Below are positions 18,882 to 27,896 of a stretch of DNA of 64,000 bases, piece after piece (the stretch's first letter is position 1; the number at the start of each line of letters is the position of its first letter). Where the stretch lies: positions 352,001-416,000 of the forward strand of contig JAEOUA010000010.1 in assembly GCA_016839555.1 (NCBI GenBank), in the 5' to 3' direction. Source of the stretch: Promethearchaeota archaeon. GTDB taxonomy: Archaea > Asgardarchaeota > Lokiarchaeia > Sigyniarchaeales > SOKP01. The position numbers and the translations under genes are program-made. The notes under the pieces are model-generated. The model made no database searches. It worked only from the letters and a program-made list of their open reading frames with translations, and was not told where the DNA came from.

Positions 18882-19580
18882 ATGGTAAATTCTCACAGTA
18901 AAAGTTTTTTTGGACAGAACACAGGCATAATTTTACAAAGCTCATCTAAAAAAGACCCGTATATTTTTTTACAATGCATAAAGAAAAAAGCTAATGGAAA
19001 ATGGGAAAAACCCTCCAAAGGAGAGGGTAAAATTACTAGATTTTCTTTAGAAGAAATAATAATGATACTTAAGGTTTTACAATCTAAAATGGAATCATGG
19101 TCCACGTATCATAAATATAATGACTCTAGTACTCAAATAACAATTAACTGGCAAGATAGTTGCCTCTGGATTAACATTGATACATATTCCAAGAAACTTA
19201 ATGTAGCACAGATTGAAATTTTAAAACTTTTATTAGAACATATCCTTCAAGAAAAAATTATTCATGCTACAGAGTCTAAAACACAAAAGAATGAAAAATC
19301 AGATTCTAATAAATCAGATTCTAATAAAAATCATATTTATGTGAAAGAGGAAATAATAAACCCTAAAGCTATTCATCAGGAGAATGAAAAAAAAACTTTA
19401 GAGATAAAGGGAAAGATAAAGAGAAAGACTGAAAAGGCATTATTAATCGATTTTTTAAATGGAATTGAAACATGGATTCCTAAATCAAAAATCCATACTA
19501 AATTTATAGAAGATATAGATTTAATCCAAATATTTCGAATCGAGAAATGGCTATTAAATAAAAATAAAGTAATAACTTAA
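18882..19580 (+). CDS. hypothetical two-domain protein, possibly nucleic-acid binding
   Basis: N-terminal beta-rich domain ending WEKPSKGEGKITRFSLEEI; low-complexity linker; C-terminal TEKALLI...ETWIPKS small beta domain. Confidence 0.6.
   Translation: MVNSHSKSFFGQNTGIILQSSSKKDPYIFLQCIKKKANGKWEKPSKGEGKITRFSLEEIIMILKVLQSKMESWSTYHKYNDSSTQITINWQDSCLWINIDTYSKKLNVAQIEILKLLLEHILQEKIIHATESKTQKNEKSDSNKSDSNKNHIYVKEEIINPKAIHQENEKKTLEIKGKIKRKTEKALLIDFLNGIETWIPKSKIHTKFIEDIDLIQIFRIEKWLLNKNKVIT
19296..19325 (+). repeat. 15-bp in-frame tandem duplication (KSDSN x2)
   Basis: AAATCAGATTCTAAT occurs twice in succession within the linker of ORF 18882. Confidence 0.9.
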
Positions 19581-19699
19581 TTTTTTAATTTTTTTTTAGC
19601 AAAATCCCAAATAATCAATGTTTTTTTAATTATACGGTGTAAAATTAGAGTATTTGGATTTTCAAAATTTATAAAACAAAGCCATATTTATTATATGTA

Positions 19700-20920
19700 A
19701 TGAAGGAATTAGTTCCGGAGAATTACTTCGACATTTGCATTATTGGCGCGAGTATTGCGGGAAATTATTTAAGTTATTTACTATCAAATACTTCATTAAG
19801 AATAGCGGTAATTGAAGAGCACGAAGAAGTTGGAAAACCTTTACAATGTGCTGGAATTATATCTCAAAAATTAAAAAGTTTAATCCCTTTATCTAAAGAA
19901 ATTGTTTTAAATCGAGTAAAAATCGCGAAACTTGTATTTCCTTCTAATGTTTCAATTGAATTATCGGGAGATGACCATCCTTACATAGTGGATCGTATTA
20001 AATTAGATCGAACCTTTTATGAAAAAGTAAAGGATAATCCTAATATAAAGTTCTTTCTCGGAGAAAAATTTAAATCGTTCAACTATATTAATAAAGATGA
20101 AAATGAAAATCAAAAATCTTTAATAATTAAGACTTCAAACCGAAAAATTCATGCAGACCTTTTAATTGGTTGTGATGGGCCACTTTCTTCGGTAGCAAAA
20201 CAATTGAGCATTAGAAATAATATTATATATGCAACGCAGATTCGTATTGAAGCAAAATTTAATGAGAATAAAGCTTTTTTATATTTTGATGAGCAATGGA
20301 AGGATTTATTCGGTTGGATCGTTCCAGAAGGGAATAAGATATATAGAATTGGCTTAGCATGTTCAAAAAATGTAATGAAAGCCTTTAAACTATTTTTAGA
20401 GAAAATAGGTGTAAAATATAAAAATATAATAGATCATCAAGGGGGGATTATCCCCATTGGAACTATGAATAAAATTGCACATGATAATATCTTATTATTA
20501 GGAGATTCTGCGTGCATGGTGAAAGCAACTACAGGGGGAGGTATTATCATGCTCTTGATAGCTGCCAAATTTGCGGCTAAATGTATTATAAAGTGTTTTC
20601 AATTTCATGATTTTTCAAAAAATTTCATCAGAAAACATTATGAAAAACTCTGTGTATCAAGTATCGGAAAAGATTTAAAACTGCACTATTTGGTTCGCAT
20701 TGTACTTAAACATTTCAAAAATAAAAATTTCCATGAAATTTACAAGATAATAAACAAAAATGAGATTAAAAAGCTTATTAATGTGTATGGAGATATGGAT
20801 TTTCCTAAGTCTCTAGCATTTAAAGTAATGTTTAACTTAGATTTTATAAGATTTTTAATAAAGTTTATAGTAAAAAATCCAATACTTATAGTTGAAATAA
20901 TTTCTATTATTTTGAGTTAA
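19700..20920 (+). CDS. geranylgeranyl reductase family flavoprotein
   Basis: IIGASIAG, PLQCAG (PxxCAG), DRIKLD, GCDG, FGWIVP, LLGDSA, TTGGGI. Confidence 0.85.
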   Translation: MKELVPENYFDICIIGASIAGNYLSYLLSNTSLRIAVIEEHEEVGKPLQCAGIISQKLKSLIPLSKEIVLNRVKIAKLVFPSNVSIELSGDDHPYIVDRIKLDRTFYEKVKDNPNIKFFLGEKFKSFNYINKDENENQKSLIIKTSNRKIHADLLIGCDGPLSSVAKQLSIRNNIIYATQIRIEAKFNENKAFLYFDEQWKDLFGWIVPEGNKIYRIGLACSKNVMKAFKLFLEKIGVKYKNIIDHQGGIIPIGTMNKIAHDNILLLGDSACMVKATTGGGIIMLLIAAKFAAKCIIKCFQFHDFSKNFIRKHYEKLCVSSIGKDLKLHYLVRIVLKHFKNKNFHEIYKIINKNEIKKLINVYGDMDFPKSLAFKVMFNLDFIRFLIKFIVKNPILIVEIISIILS

Positions 20921-20996
20921 AATAAATGAATTCTATAATATCAGAGTTTTATAATTTTTAATTTTGCGTTTAGTTCTAAATTCTCAAAAATAAATA

Positions 20997-21386
20997 TTAA
21001 AGTTGAAAAAGAGTTTCTTTAACTGGTGGGGCTTCCCAACTAAAAAATGCGATAGACCCATTAAAAAAGAGCCAAAAAATCATAAAACCTATTACCAGAG
21101 CAGCAGAAACGGCACCAAATATCTTCACACCTTTGGAAATTCCCAGATCTTCATTTTTCCTCTGGTAAATAGCTCGAGCAGTCGCTACAAAATAGATGAT
21201 TGATAATAATATTGAAACGATCCATAAGAATAACATAAATAAACTAAAGGTATAGATTGGCTGCCCTTGATAGGTTAAGCTATTTAGCCATTTCCAATGA
21301 GTTATTATTAAATAAGAAGGAATAATGCTAAATATTAACCCATCTATGAAAAAGAGGATTCCATAGCCAATACCTTTCCATGCCAT
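20997..21386 (-). CDS. small 3-TM membrane protein of unknown function
   Basis: Three hydrophobic segments; ATG start with GAGT upstream. Confidence 0.7.
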   Translation of the reverse strand: MAWKGIGYGILFFIDGLIFSIIPSYLIITHWKWLNSLTYQGQPIYTFSLFMLFLWIVSILLSIIYFVATARAIYQRKNEDLGISKGVKIFGAVSAALVIGFMIFWLFFNGSIAFFSWEAPPVKETLFQL

Positions 21387-21740
21387 TTTATTAATTACTC
21401 TTTTAAGATATCTTATTATTTTTTAATTTGTTATGCCTATTTAATTCTATGATTATTTAATACATATTTTTTAGTTTATTGAAATTATTATATTAATTAA
21501 TAGCATATAAACATTTACCACATTCTAAAATTAAATTATTTGAAATATGTATAATTTATTTCAATCAATATTTTCAATATAACTTACATTAGAACTAGCA
21601 ATTTTTGGATAAATAAAAAAATTATCTGATTTATTTAATAATGCATGAATGCTAACTAAATATAACTTATTATTTAGTAGTAAATGTAATATAAACAGAT
21701 TTTAGATAATTATAAATACTCAATTGTTTATAAATAAATT

Positions 21741-22379
21741 ATGCAATTTAAAAATAAAAGACTTATAAATAAGTCCATAATATCAATAGGATTCTTTATA
21801 TGCTTTTTCTTAATAGGATTTCTTATAACTTCTGCGTCCATTATCAATGAAAATCCTATTTTAGTTTTAAATAGTAAAAAACATGACATTAACCCTAATA
21901 TAACAGTAGATTATACCCCCCCTTATTGGAATCCACCCCTTTCTAATCAAATTAGAATATTTGGTAATAATTTTAGCTATCAAATAACTGCTCGGGATAC
22001 CGAATCTCCTATTGACTCCATTTGGTTAGGCGATACTAAAGATTTTCAAATAAATATACTAGATAGGAATGACACGGAACATTGGGCTATTGCAGAAATT
22101 TCTAATAAAACAGCTTTATCTCTCGGTGTTTATTGGCTAACGATCTATGTTAATGATACATCAATCCACTCACCTACTAAAGATAGGACAATTAAAGTCA
22201 CTGTTAAAACTGAAGATATGATCTTCTTAGAAAATTTGATAACTGCATCACAATTGAGTTCTAGCGCTCAGGATGAAGAAATTAATATTCCTGGATACGA
22301 AGTATATATTTTAATGATTATAACTGGAGCCTCAATAGCATCAATAATTCTTCGGAAGAAACACTTTCTTAAATTATAA
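21741..22379 (+). CDS. secreted Ig/cadherin-like beta-sandwich protein with Loki-CTERM-like anchor
   Basis: Signal peptide; DYTPPYW...FSYQITARD...LGVYWLTIYVNDTS; C-terminal IPGY + TM + RKK. Confidence 0.7.
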   Translation: MQFKNKRLINKSIISIGFFICFFLIGFLITSASIINENPILVLNSKKHDINPNITVDYTPPYWNPPLSNQIRIFGNNFSYQITARDTESPIDSIWLGDTKDFQINILDRNDTEHWAIAEISNKTALSLGVYWLTIYVNDTSIHSPTKDRTIKVTVKTEDMIFLENLITASQLSSSAQDEEINIPGYEVYILMIITGASIASIILRKKHFLKL

Positions 22380-22549
22380 TTTAAAATTTTTTTTCTCTAT
22401 TTCTTTTTTTATTTTTTATCTTCATTATGATAATCAAATCATTAATTTTTTCTGATGTAAAGAGTTTAAAGCGATAAATAATCATAAAATATTATTTTAG
22501 TGCTTCTTTTTATAAAAAAAAAATTAATTGATTTTCGAGTAGAGTTACG

Positions 22550-23698
22550 ATGGATTTTGAGCTTAGTGAAAAACAAAAATTGGTTAGAAGCAAAATTAGA
22601 ACGTTTGCTGAAGATATTTTAGCTCCCGTAGCACCCGTGGTGGATAAAGAGCTAAGATTCAGCTGGGAGACTGCGAAGGAGTTATCAAAAATAAATGCGT
22701 GGGGTATTCAAATACCTGAAAAATATGGGGGTGCGTGTTTAGACTCAATTAGTTTTGTGATTACTATTGAAGAAATTTCAAGAATATGCCCCTCAACAGG
22801 ATTGAATGTAAGTGTTCATAATTCCGTAGGAGCATATCCAATTTTGGAATGGGGTTCTGAAGAGCAGAAGGATAAATTTCTTTATGATATCGCGACTGGA
22901 AAAAAATTAGCCGCTTTTACCTGGACGGAACCAAACGCAGGTTCAGATGCGGCGGGAATTGAAAGTATCGCAGTGGAAGATGGAAATCATTATATTTTAA
23001 ATGGATCTAAAATTTTTGTAACGAATGGAGGAGTCGCATCAGTATTTTTAATCGGAGCACGATATAAAAGAGAAAATGGAGAAAAAGGAATTGGTGTCTT
23101 TATTGTAGAAAAAGATATTGACGGACTTGAAATAGGAAATCTTGAAGATAAACTAGGTATGAGGGGGTCAAGCACAACAAGTCTTTATTTCCATGATATT
23201 AAAATCCCAAAAGCAAATGTTCTAGGAAATATCTCAGAAGGATTTAAAATTGCAATGAAAACATTAGATGTTGGGCGAATAGGTATAGCCGCTCAGTCAG
23301 TAGGAATTGCTCAAGCTGCCTATGAACTTTCAGTTAAATATTCGAAGGGGAGAATTCAATTCAATAGACCTATAGTACAATTCCAAGGGATATCTTTTAA
23401 ATTAGCTGAAATGGCAACCAACATAGATGCAGCGAGACTATTAGTTTATAGAGCAGCCACTTTACGGGATAAAAATAAACCTTTCTCTAAGGAGTCAGCA
23501 ATGTGTAAATATTATGCAAGTGAAGTGGCAAAAGACGTAACCCGAGAAGCCATTCAAATTCATGGAGGTTATGGATTTATGAAGGATTTAACTTTAGAAA
23601 GATTCTATAGGGACGCCCCTGTATTATCTATTTATGAAGGAACCAATGAAATTATGAAAACAATAATTGCTCGACAAATATTGCGGGGGAATCTATAA
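22550..23698 (+). CDS. acd: acyl-CoA dehydrogenase (short-chain/butyryl-CoA type)
   Basis: TEPNAGSD, LNGSKIFVTNG, KLGMRGS, GRIGIAAQ, QIHGGYG, IYEGTNEI. Confidence 0.95.
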   Translation: MDFELSEKQKLVRSKIRTFAEDILAPVAPVVDKELRFSWETAKELSKINAWGIQIPEKYGGACLDSISFVITIEEISRICPSTGLNVSVHNSVGAYPILEWGSEEQKDKFLYDIATGKKLAAFTWTEPNAGSDAAGIESIAVEDGNHYILNGSKIFVTNGGVASVFLIGARYKRENGEKGIGVFIVEKDIDGLEIGNLEDKLGMRGSSTTSLYFHDIKIPKANVLGNISEGFKIAMKTLDVGRIGIAAQSVGIAQAAYELSVKYSKGRIQFNRPIVQFQGISFKLAEMATNIDAARLLVYRAATLRDKNKPFSKESAMCKYYASEVAKDVTREAIQIHGGYGFMKDLTLERFYRDAPVLSIYEGTNEIMKTIIARQILRGNL

Positions 23699-23699
23699 A

Positions 23700-24503
23700 G
23701 TGTATAAAATTTTTGTTTTATTGAAGCAAGTTCCCAAATCTCAAACTCTTCAAATTGATAAAGATTCCGGAACATTAATTAGAAAAAATATTGAAAACAT
23801 CATTAATACCGATGATTTAAATGGTCTTGAACTAGGTTTGACTATTAAAGAAAAATATGGGGGCGAAGTCACAGCAATGACGATGGGACCCCCTCAAGCA
23901 AAAGCAGCTTTACGAGAAGCTTTGGCGATGGGCGTAGATCATGCAGTTCTAATATGTGATCCGCAATTTGCGTATTCAGATACTCTCCAGACAACCTTAG
24001 TTCTTAAAGAAGCATTTAATAAAATCCAAGAATATGATATAATTATCACAGGGAGGGAAACTTCTGATTCTAGCACGGGACAAGTACCTTTTCAATTATC
24101 TGAAGCCTTAGATGTTCCCTTGATAACTGATATTTTTAATTTTGAATTAAAAAATAATATTTTTGAATGTCAGAGAAATTTTGGACATGAGAGTCAAAAT
24201 ATCACAGTTAGATTGCCTGTATTACTTAGAATTGGCAAACATTTTAATGAACCACGACACATTCCCTTGTTAGGTATTAAAAAAGCGTTTGAAAAAAAAA
24301 TTGAGATATTTGATTATAGACTTTTTAATTGTCCCTCCTATCTCGATGGCAGTAAAAAATCTCCTACACAAGTCGTAAGTATTGAAAAATTTTATCCGAG
24401 AAGAAAAAATGAATTCCTGAATGGCACAATTACTGATAAAACTCAAAAGATTATTGAAATTATGAAAGAGCACGGAATTGAGAGAATTTGGACTGGGAAA
24501 TAA
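23700..24503 (+). CDS. etfB: electron transfer flavoprotein beta subunit
   Basis: KQVP, MTMGPPQA, LAMGVD, SDTLQT, GRETSDSSTGQV. Start placed at GTG 23700, immediately after the acd stop codon. Confidence 0.92.
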   Translation: MYKIFVLLKQVPKSQTLQIDKDSGTLIRKNIENIINTDDLNGLELGLTIKEKYGGEVTAMTMGPPQAKAALREALAMGVDHAVLICDPQFAYSDTLQTTLVLKEAFNKIQEYDIIITGRETSDSSTGQVPFQLSEALDVPLITDIFNFELKNNIFECQRNFGHESQNITVRLPVLLRIGKHFNEPRHIPLLGIKKAFEKKIEIFDYRLFNCPSYLDGSKKSPTQVVSIEKFYPRRKNEFLNGTITDKTQKIIEIMKEHGIERIWTGK

Positions 24504-24512
24504 GAATAGTAG

Positions 24513-25532
24513 GTGAAAAAAATTAAGAATTTAAATCAATATAAAGATGTATGGGTTTTTGCAGAAATAAAAGACCATAAGAGAGTTCATCCATGCGCAT
24601 TAGAAATATTAGGGAAGGGAAGAGAATTAGCGGACGAATTAAACCAAAATCTTGTAGCAATTGTGTTAGCATTAGATGCTGAGCAATATCTGCCCACTAT
24701 TAAAGAACATGGAGTAGATAAAATTATATACCTTAGCCATATTGATTTAAAACACTATCATGAGCGAATTTTTACGAAACTGGTATATGAGATGGTCGAA
24801 AAATACAATCCCTCGATTTTTTTGTTCCCCTCAACGGAAGCCGGTAATGCACTTTCAGCGAGAATAGCTTATCGATGTAGAACGGGTTTAGTAAATAGTG
24901 TATTAAATTTAGAATTAGACAAGAAACTGGGAGATTTATTATTAACAGATAAACCAGCGTATGGCGGAGATATTAAAGTAAAAATTATTTGTCCTAATAC
25001 GCGACCTCAAATGTGCACCATTACACCCGGAACCTTTAAGAAAAAGAAACTAATAAAAAATAATATTGAAATCATAAAAGAAAACTATTCATTTAATAAG
25101 GAAGAGTTAAAAATTAAAATCATAGGCGCTCCTACCAGAAAAGATAAACCATCCGCAACCTTGTCCGATGCTAATTTTGTAATAGGCGGTGGTGCGGGAT
25201 TGAGTTCTGAAGAAAATTTTGAAAAATTGTTTAAGTTGGCAAAATATACTAATGGGCAAGTGGGGGGTACTCGACGACCGATTTTCAGTAAATGGATGCC
25301 AGAGCATTTGCAAATAGGAATAAGCGGAGAAACGATTAAACCTAAATTATATCTTGCTTTTGGGATTTCAGGGGCCATTCAACATGTTGTTGGAATCACG
25401 GATTCTGATACTATTATAGCAGTAAATACCGATCTGAATGCTCCAATTTTCAAGGCTGCAGATTATTGTATTATTGGAGATGCCAATGAAATTATCGAGG
25501 GACTTCTAAAGCATTATGAAATTGAAGAATAA
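24513..25532 (+). CDS. etfA: electron transfer flavoprotein alpha subunit
   Basis: VWVFAE, RPQMCT, GGGAG, QIGISGETIKPKLY, GISGAIQH, NTDLNAPIF. Confidence 0.93.
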   Translation: MKKIKNLNQYKDVWVFAEIKDHKRVHPCALEILGKGRELADELNQNLVAIVLALDAEQYLPTIKEHGVDKIIYLSHIDLKHYHERIFTKLVYEMVEKYNPSIFLFPSTEAGNALSARIAYRCRTGLVNSVLNLELDKKLGDLLLTDKPAYGGDIKVKIICPNTRPQMCTITPGTFKKKKLIKNNIEIIKENYSFNKEELKIKIIGAPTRKDKPSATLSDANFVIGGGAGLSSEENFEKLFKLAKYTNGQVGGTRRPIFSKWMPEHLQIGISGETIKPKLYLAFGISGAIQHVVGITDSDTIIAVNTDLNAPIFKAADYCIIGDANEIIEGLLKHYEIEE

Positions 25533-25628
25533 AGCTAAATCTAATTAATTTAACTATAAGTCTTTGATTTTGAAAATTTCTATATTTTTAAACACAAAAT
25601 TTTTAATCCTAGTTTTAAACAAATCTAA

Positions 25629-25862
25629 TATGGAGAATTTAAGATAGCTGGAGGTATACAACAAAAAAATTATGTAAACTTCTATTTTTCCCCAATTTAT
25701 TCATATCCAACATTTTTTCAAAATATCATTCTAGATTTAAAGAAATTTTTAAAAGGAAAATCATGTTTTTATTTAACCAAAACCACAACAGAACTTCTTA
25801 AAGAAATTGAGAATCTCCTTATCAAAGGTATCGAGAGATATAAGGAGTTAAATTGGATATAA
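25629..25862 (+). pseudogene. 5'-truncated remnant of a DUF1801/YdhG-like gene
   Basis: 77-codon stop-to-stop frame with no ATG/GTG/TTG: YGEFKIAGGIQQKNYVNFYFSPIYSYP...LKKFLKGKSCFYL...GIERYKELNWI. QKNYVxFYFxPIY and LKGKSCF match the C-terminal half of this family as I recall it. Confidence 0.6.
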
Positions 25863-25918
25863 ATTCATATAAATTAATTATAGAAAAAGTAAAAAAATAT
25901 AAAAAAAAAGAAAAGTAA

Positions 25919-27688
25919 TTAAATTACTGAAAAGAGTGTAAAGAATCCTTGATATGGTGCGATCGTAGTAACTATAAGTATGAAATAGATAGCATTAATT
26001 ACCGCTCCTGTGATAATGTTTCCCGTTCTTCGATATGAAACTACCTCTATACAAGCAGATAGAATCATAATTGGTGTGCTCACAGGGATCATTACTCCCC
26101 AGAAAAATAAACTTCCCGTTAGTACCCCTATCAATAATAGATATGTATTAATGTAAATAAATAGAATTCCGAAATGAATGACAACAATTTTAATGTTTCC
26201 TAGAAGATCATTAGAAAACCTCGGTTGGATCACAAGAAGAATATTTATGTCATAGATTAAGAATATAAAAAATGCTATTATCATATATAAGGGAATCCAT
26301 GGTAATTTTGTTATAGAAGGAACAATGCCGATATAATTTTGTCCAAAAGATAAGTACAGAATTACATATAATATCCCTGCTAATATTATTCCAAGAATAA
26401 TATATTTAATTAAGTCTTTTTTATCCGACAAAAATGGTTTTCCAATAATATTTCTCATAGAGAGCCCATGTTTTTTACCTAATCTCCATAGTAATAAGAC
26501 AGTACCAAAAGCTTGACCAAATAACAGACTTAAAATAAACCCTTCAATAGGCTGCGGTAGTGGCAGGAATACCCAAACAATTAGAAATATTCCAACAATT
26601 CCTAATAGAATACTTAATAAGAGCGTTAAAGCTATCAATTTTTTGGTTGATGTTTCCTTGAAATCAATTTCTATTTCTTCTCTTATTTGTTTTTCTTTAA
26701 ACTGGTCCTTTTGAGTCTTGTCTTTCTCATTAGAATTAGCCTCCTTAATAATTTCCTCTATTTCTTCCATGCTTTGAAAGCCAAATACCCTTGCTAAGAT
26801 ATATAAAAGTGCAAAGAAGAGCCCGAATCCACCAATTATTTGGAAAATTAATATTAAAAGTCTAAAATGAGCATGAAAGTCTTCATCTGGAGCAAGCGTA
26901 TTTGGAAAAGTAGTGATTAACCAATTTCTTGAAGCTCTAATAAAATCAGTATCCCATGCGACCGATAAATGGTTGCTATTATCATCCAAATAAATCATTG
27001 TTGCATTTCCATCTTGGAAACTTCCGTATAACTGATTAACATCCACGAATGAAGAGATTATTCCTGTTCTTACGCTTACAGATTGTTTTAACGTATATAG
27101 TTTAAATGCTTCATCGTATTTTGCATATATCATAAGGACATTTAAAGGATGAGTGGAATTTCCTTTTCGAAGTAATGGTTGCAAGCTTGTTCCTACTCCA
27201 ATAAATGCTTTAAAATCGGGATCATCATTTACAATGATATTTCCTGGAAATCCCCCCATACTATATCCAATATAAGCTAAATTATGAATATCAATATCCA
27301 AACGAGTAGCAAGATATGTTTTTACTGCTAATACGTCATATAATAACCTATTATTGCTTAATACGCCAGTACTTTGTCCATGTCCTCTAAAGTCAAGTGT
27401 TACCACTACAAAACCCGCAGCAGCTAATTCTATGGCATACCCCTTCATAAATTCCTTATTTGCCATATAACCATGCCCTATAATAACCGCATTTTTTTGG
27501 ATTTGTAAACTTCTTCTTGGTTCAAATATATCAATAGAAATTTTCTCTCCATCAACCGTCTGCAACGTTTTATTAGAAATTTTCACACTTTTTGGAACCA
27601 TAGATATCAATACCGTACCAATAATAAATATCAAAAGAAATAACATAAGGTAGACTAATTCTTTTTTATAAGATTTTATTGATTTCAT
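25919..27688 (-). CDS. alpha/beta-hydrolase fused to multi-pass membrane domain
   Basis: N-terminal TM, HGY, DFRGHGQS, GYSMGG nucleophile elbow, YDE and SNH, then about 8 TM helices. Confidence 0.85.
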   Translation of the reverse strand: MKSIKSYKKELVYLMLFLLIFIIGTVLISMVPKSVKISNKTLQTVDGEKISIDIFEPRRSLQIQKNAVIIGHGYMANKEFMKGYAIELAAAGFVVVTLDFRGHGQSTGVLSNNRLLYDVLAVKTYLATRLDIDIHNLAYIGYSMGGFPGNIIVNDDPDFKAFIGVGTSLQPLLRKGNSTHPLNVLMIYAKYDEAFKLYTLKQSVSVRTGIISSFVDVNQLYGSFQDGNATMIYLDDNSNHLSVAWDTDFIRASRNWLITTFPNTLAPDEDFHAHFRLLILIFQIIGGFGLFFALLYILARVFGFQSMEEIEEIIKEANSNEKDKTQKDQFKEKQIREEIEIDFKETSTKKLIALTLLLSILLGIVGIFLIVWVFLPLPQPIEGFILSLLFGQAFGTVLLLWRLGKKHGLSMRNIIGKPFLSDKKDLIKYIILGIILAGILYVILYLSFGQNYIGIVPSITKLPWIPLYMIIAFFIFLIYDINILLVIQPRFSNDLLGNIKIVVIHFGILFIYINTYLLLIGVLTGSLFFWGVMIPVSTPIMILSACIEVVSYRRTGNIITGAVINAIYFILIVTTIAPYQGFFTLFSVI

Positions 27689-27896
27689 TTTTAAATTTTA
27701 TGATAAGGTAATTTAGAATTTTTTTTATAAAAATATTCCAATAAAAAATATATTATATCTTTGTATTAAAAAGGTTTTATCATAATTCATTATACTATTG
27801 ATTATGAATTAGATAGATGGAAAATTAGATTTAAAATTTATTTTGGAAAAATAAGATAAAAAAATAATAAATAAATTCTTACAAATAAGAAAATCC

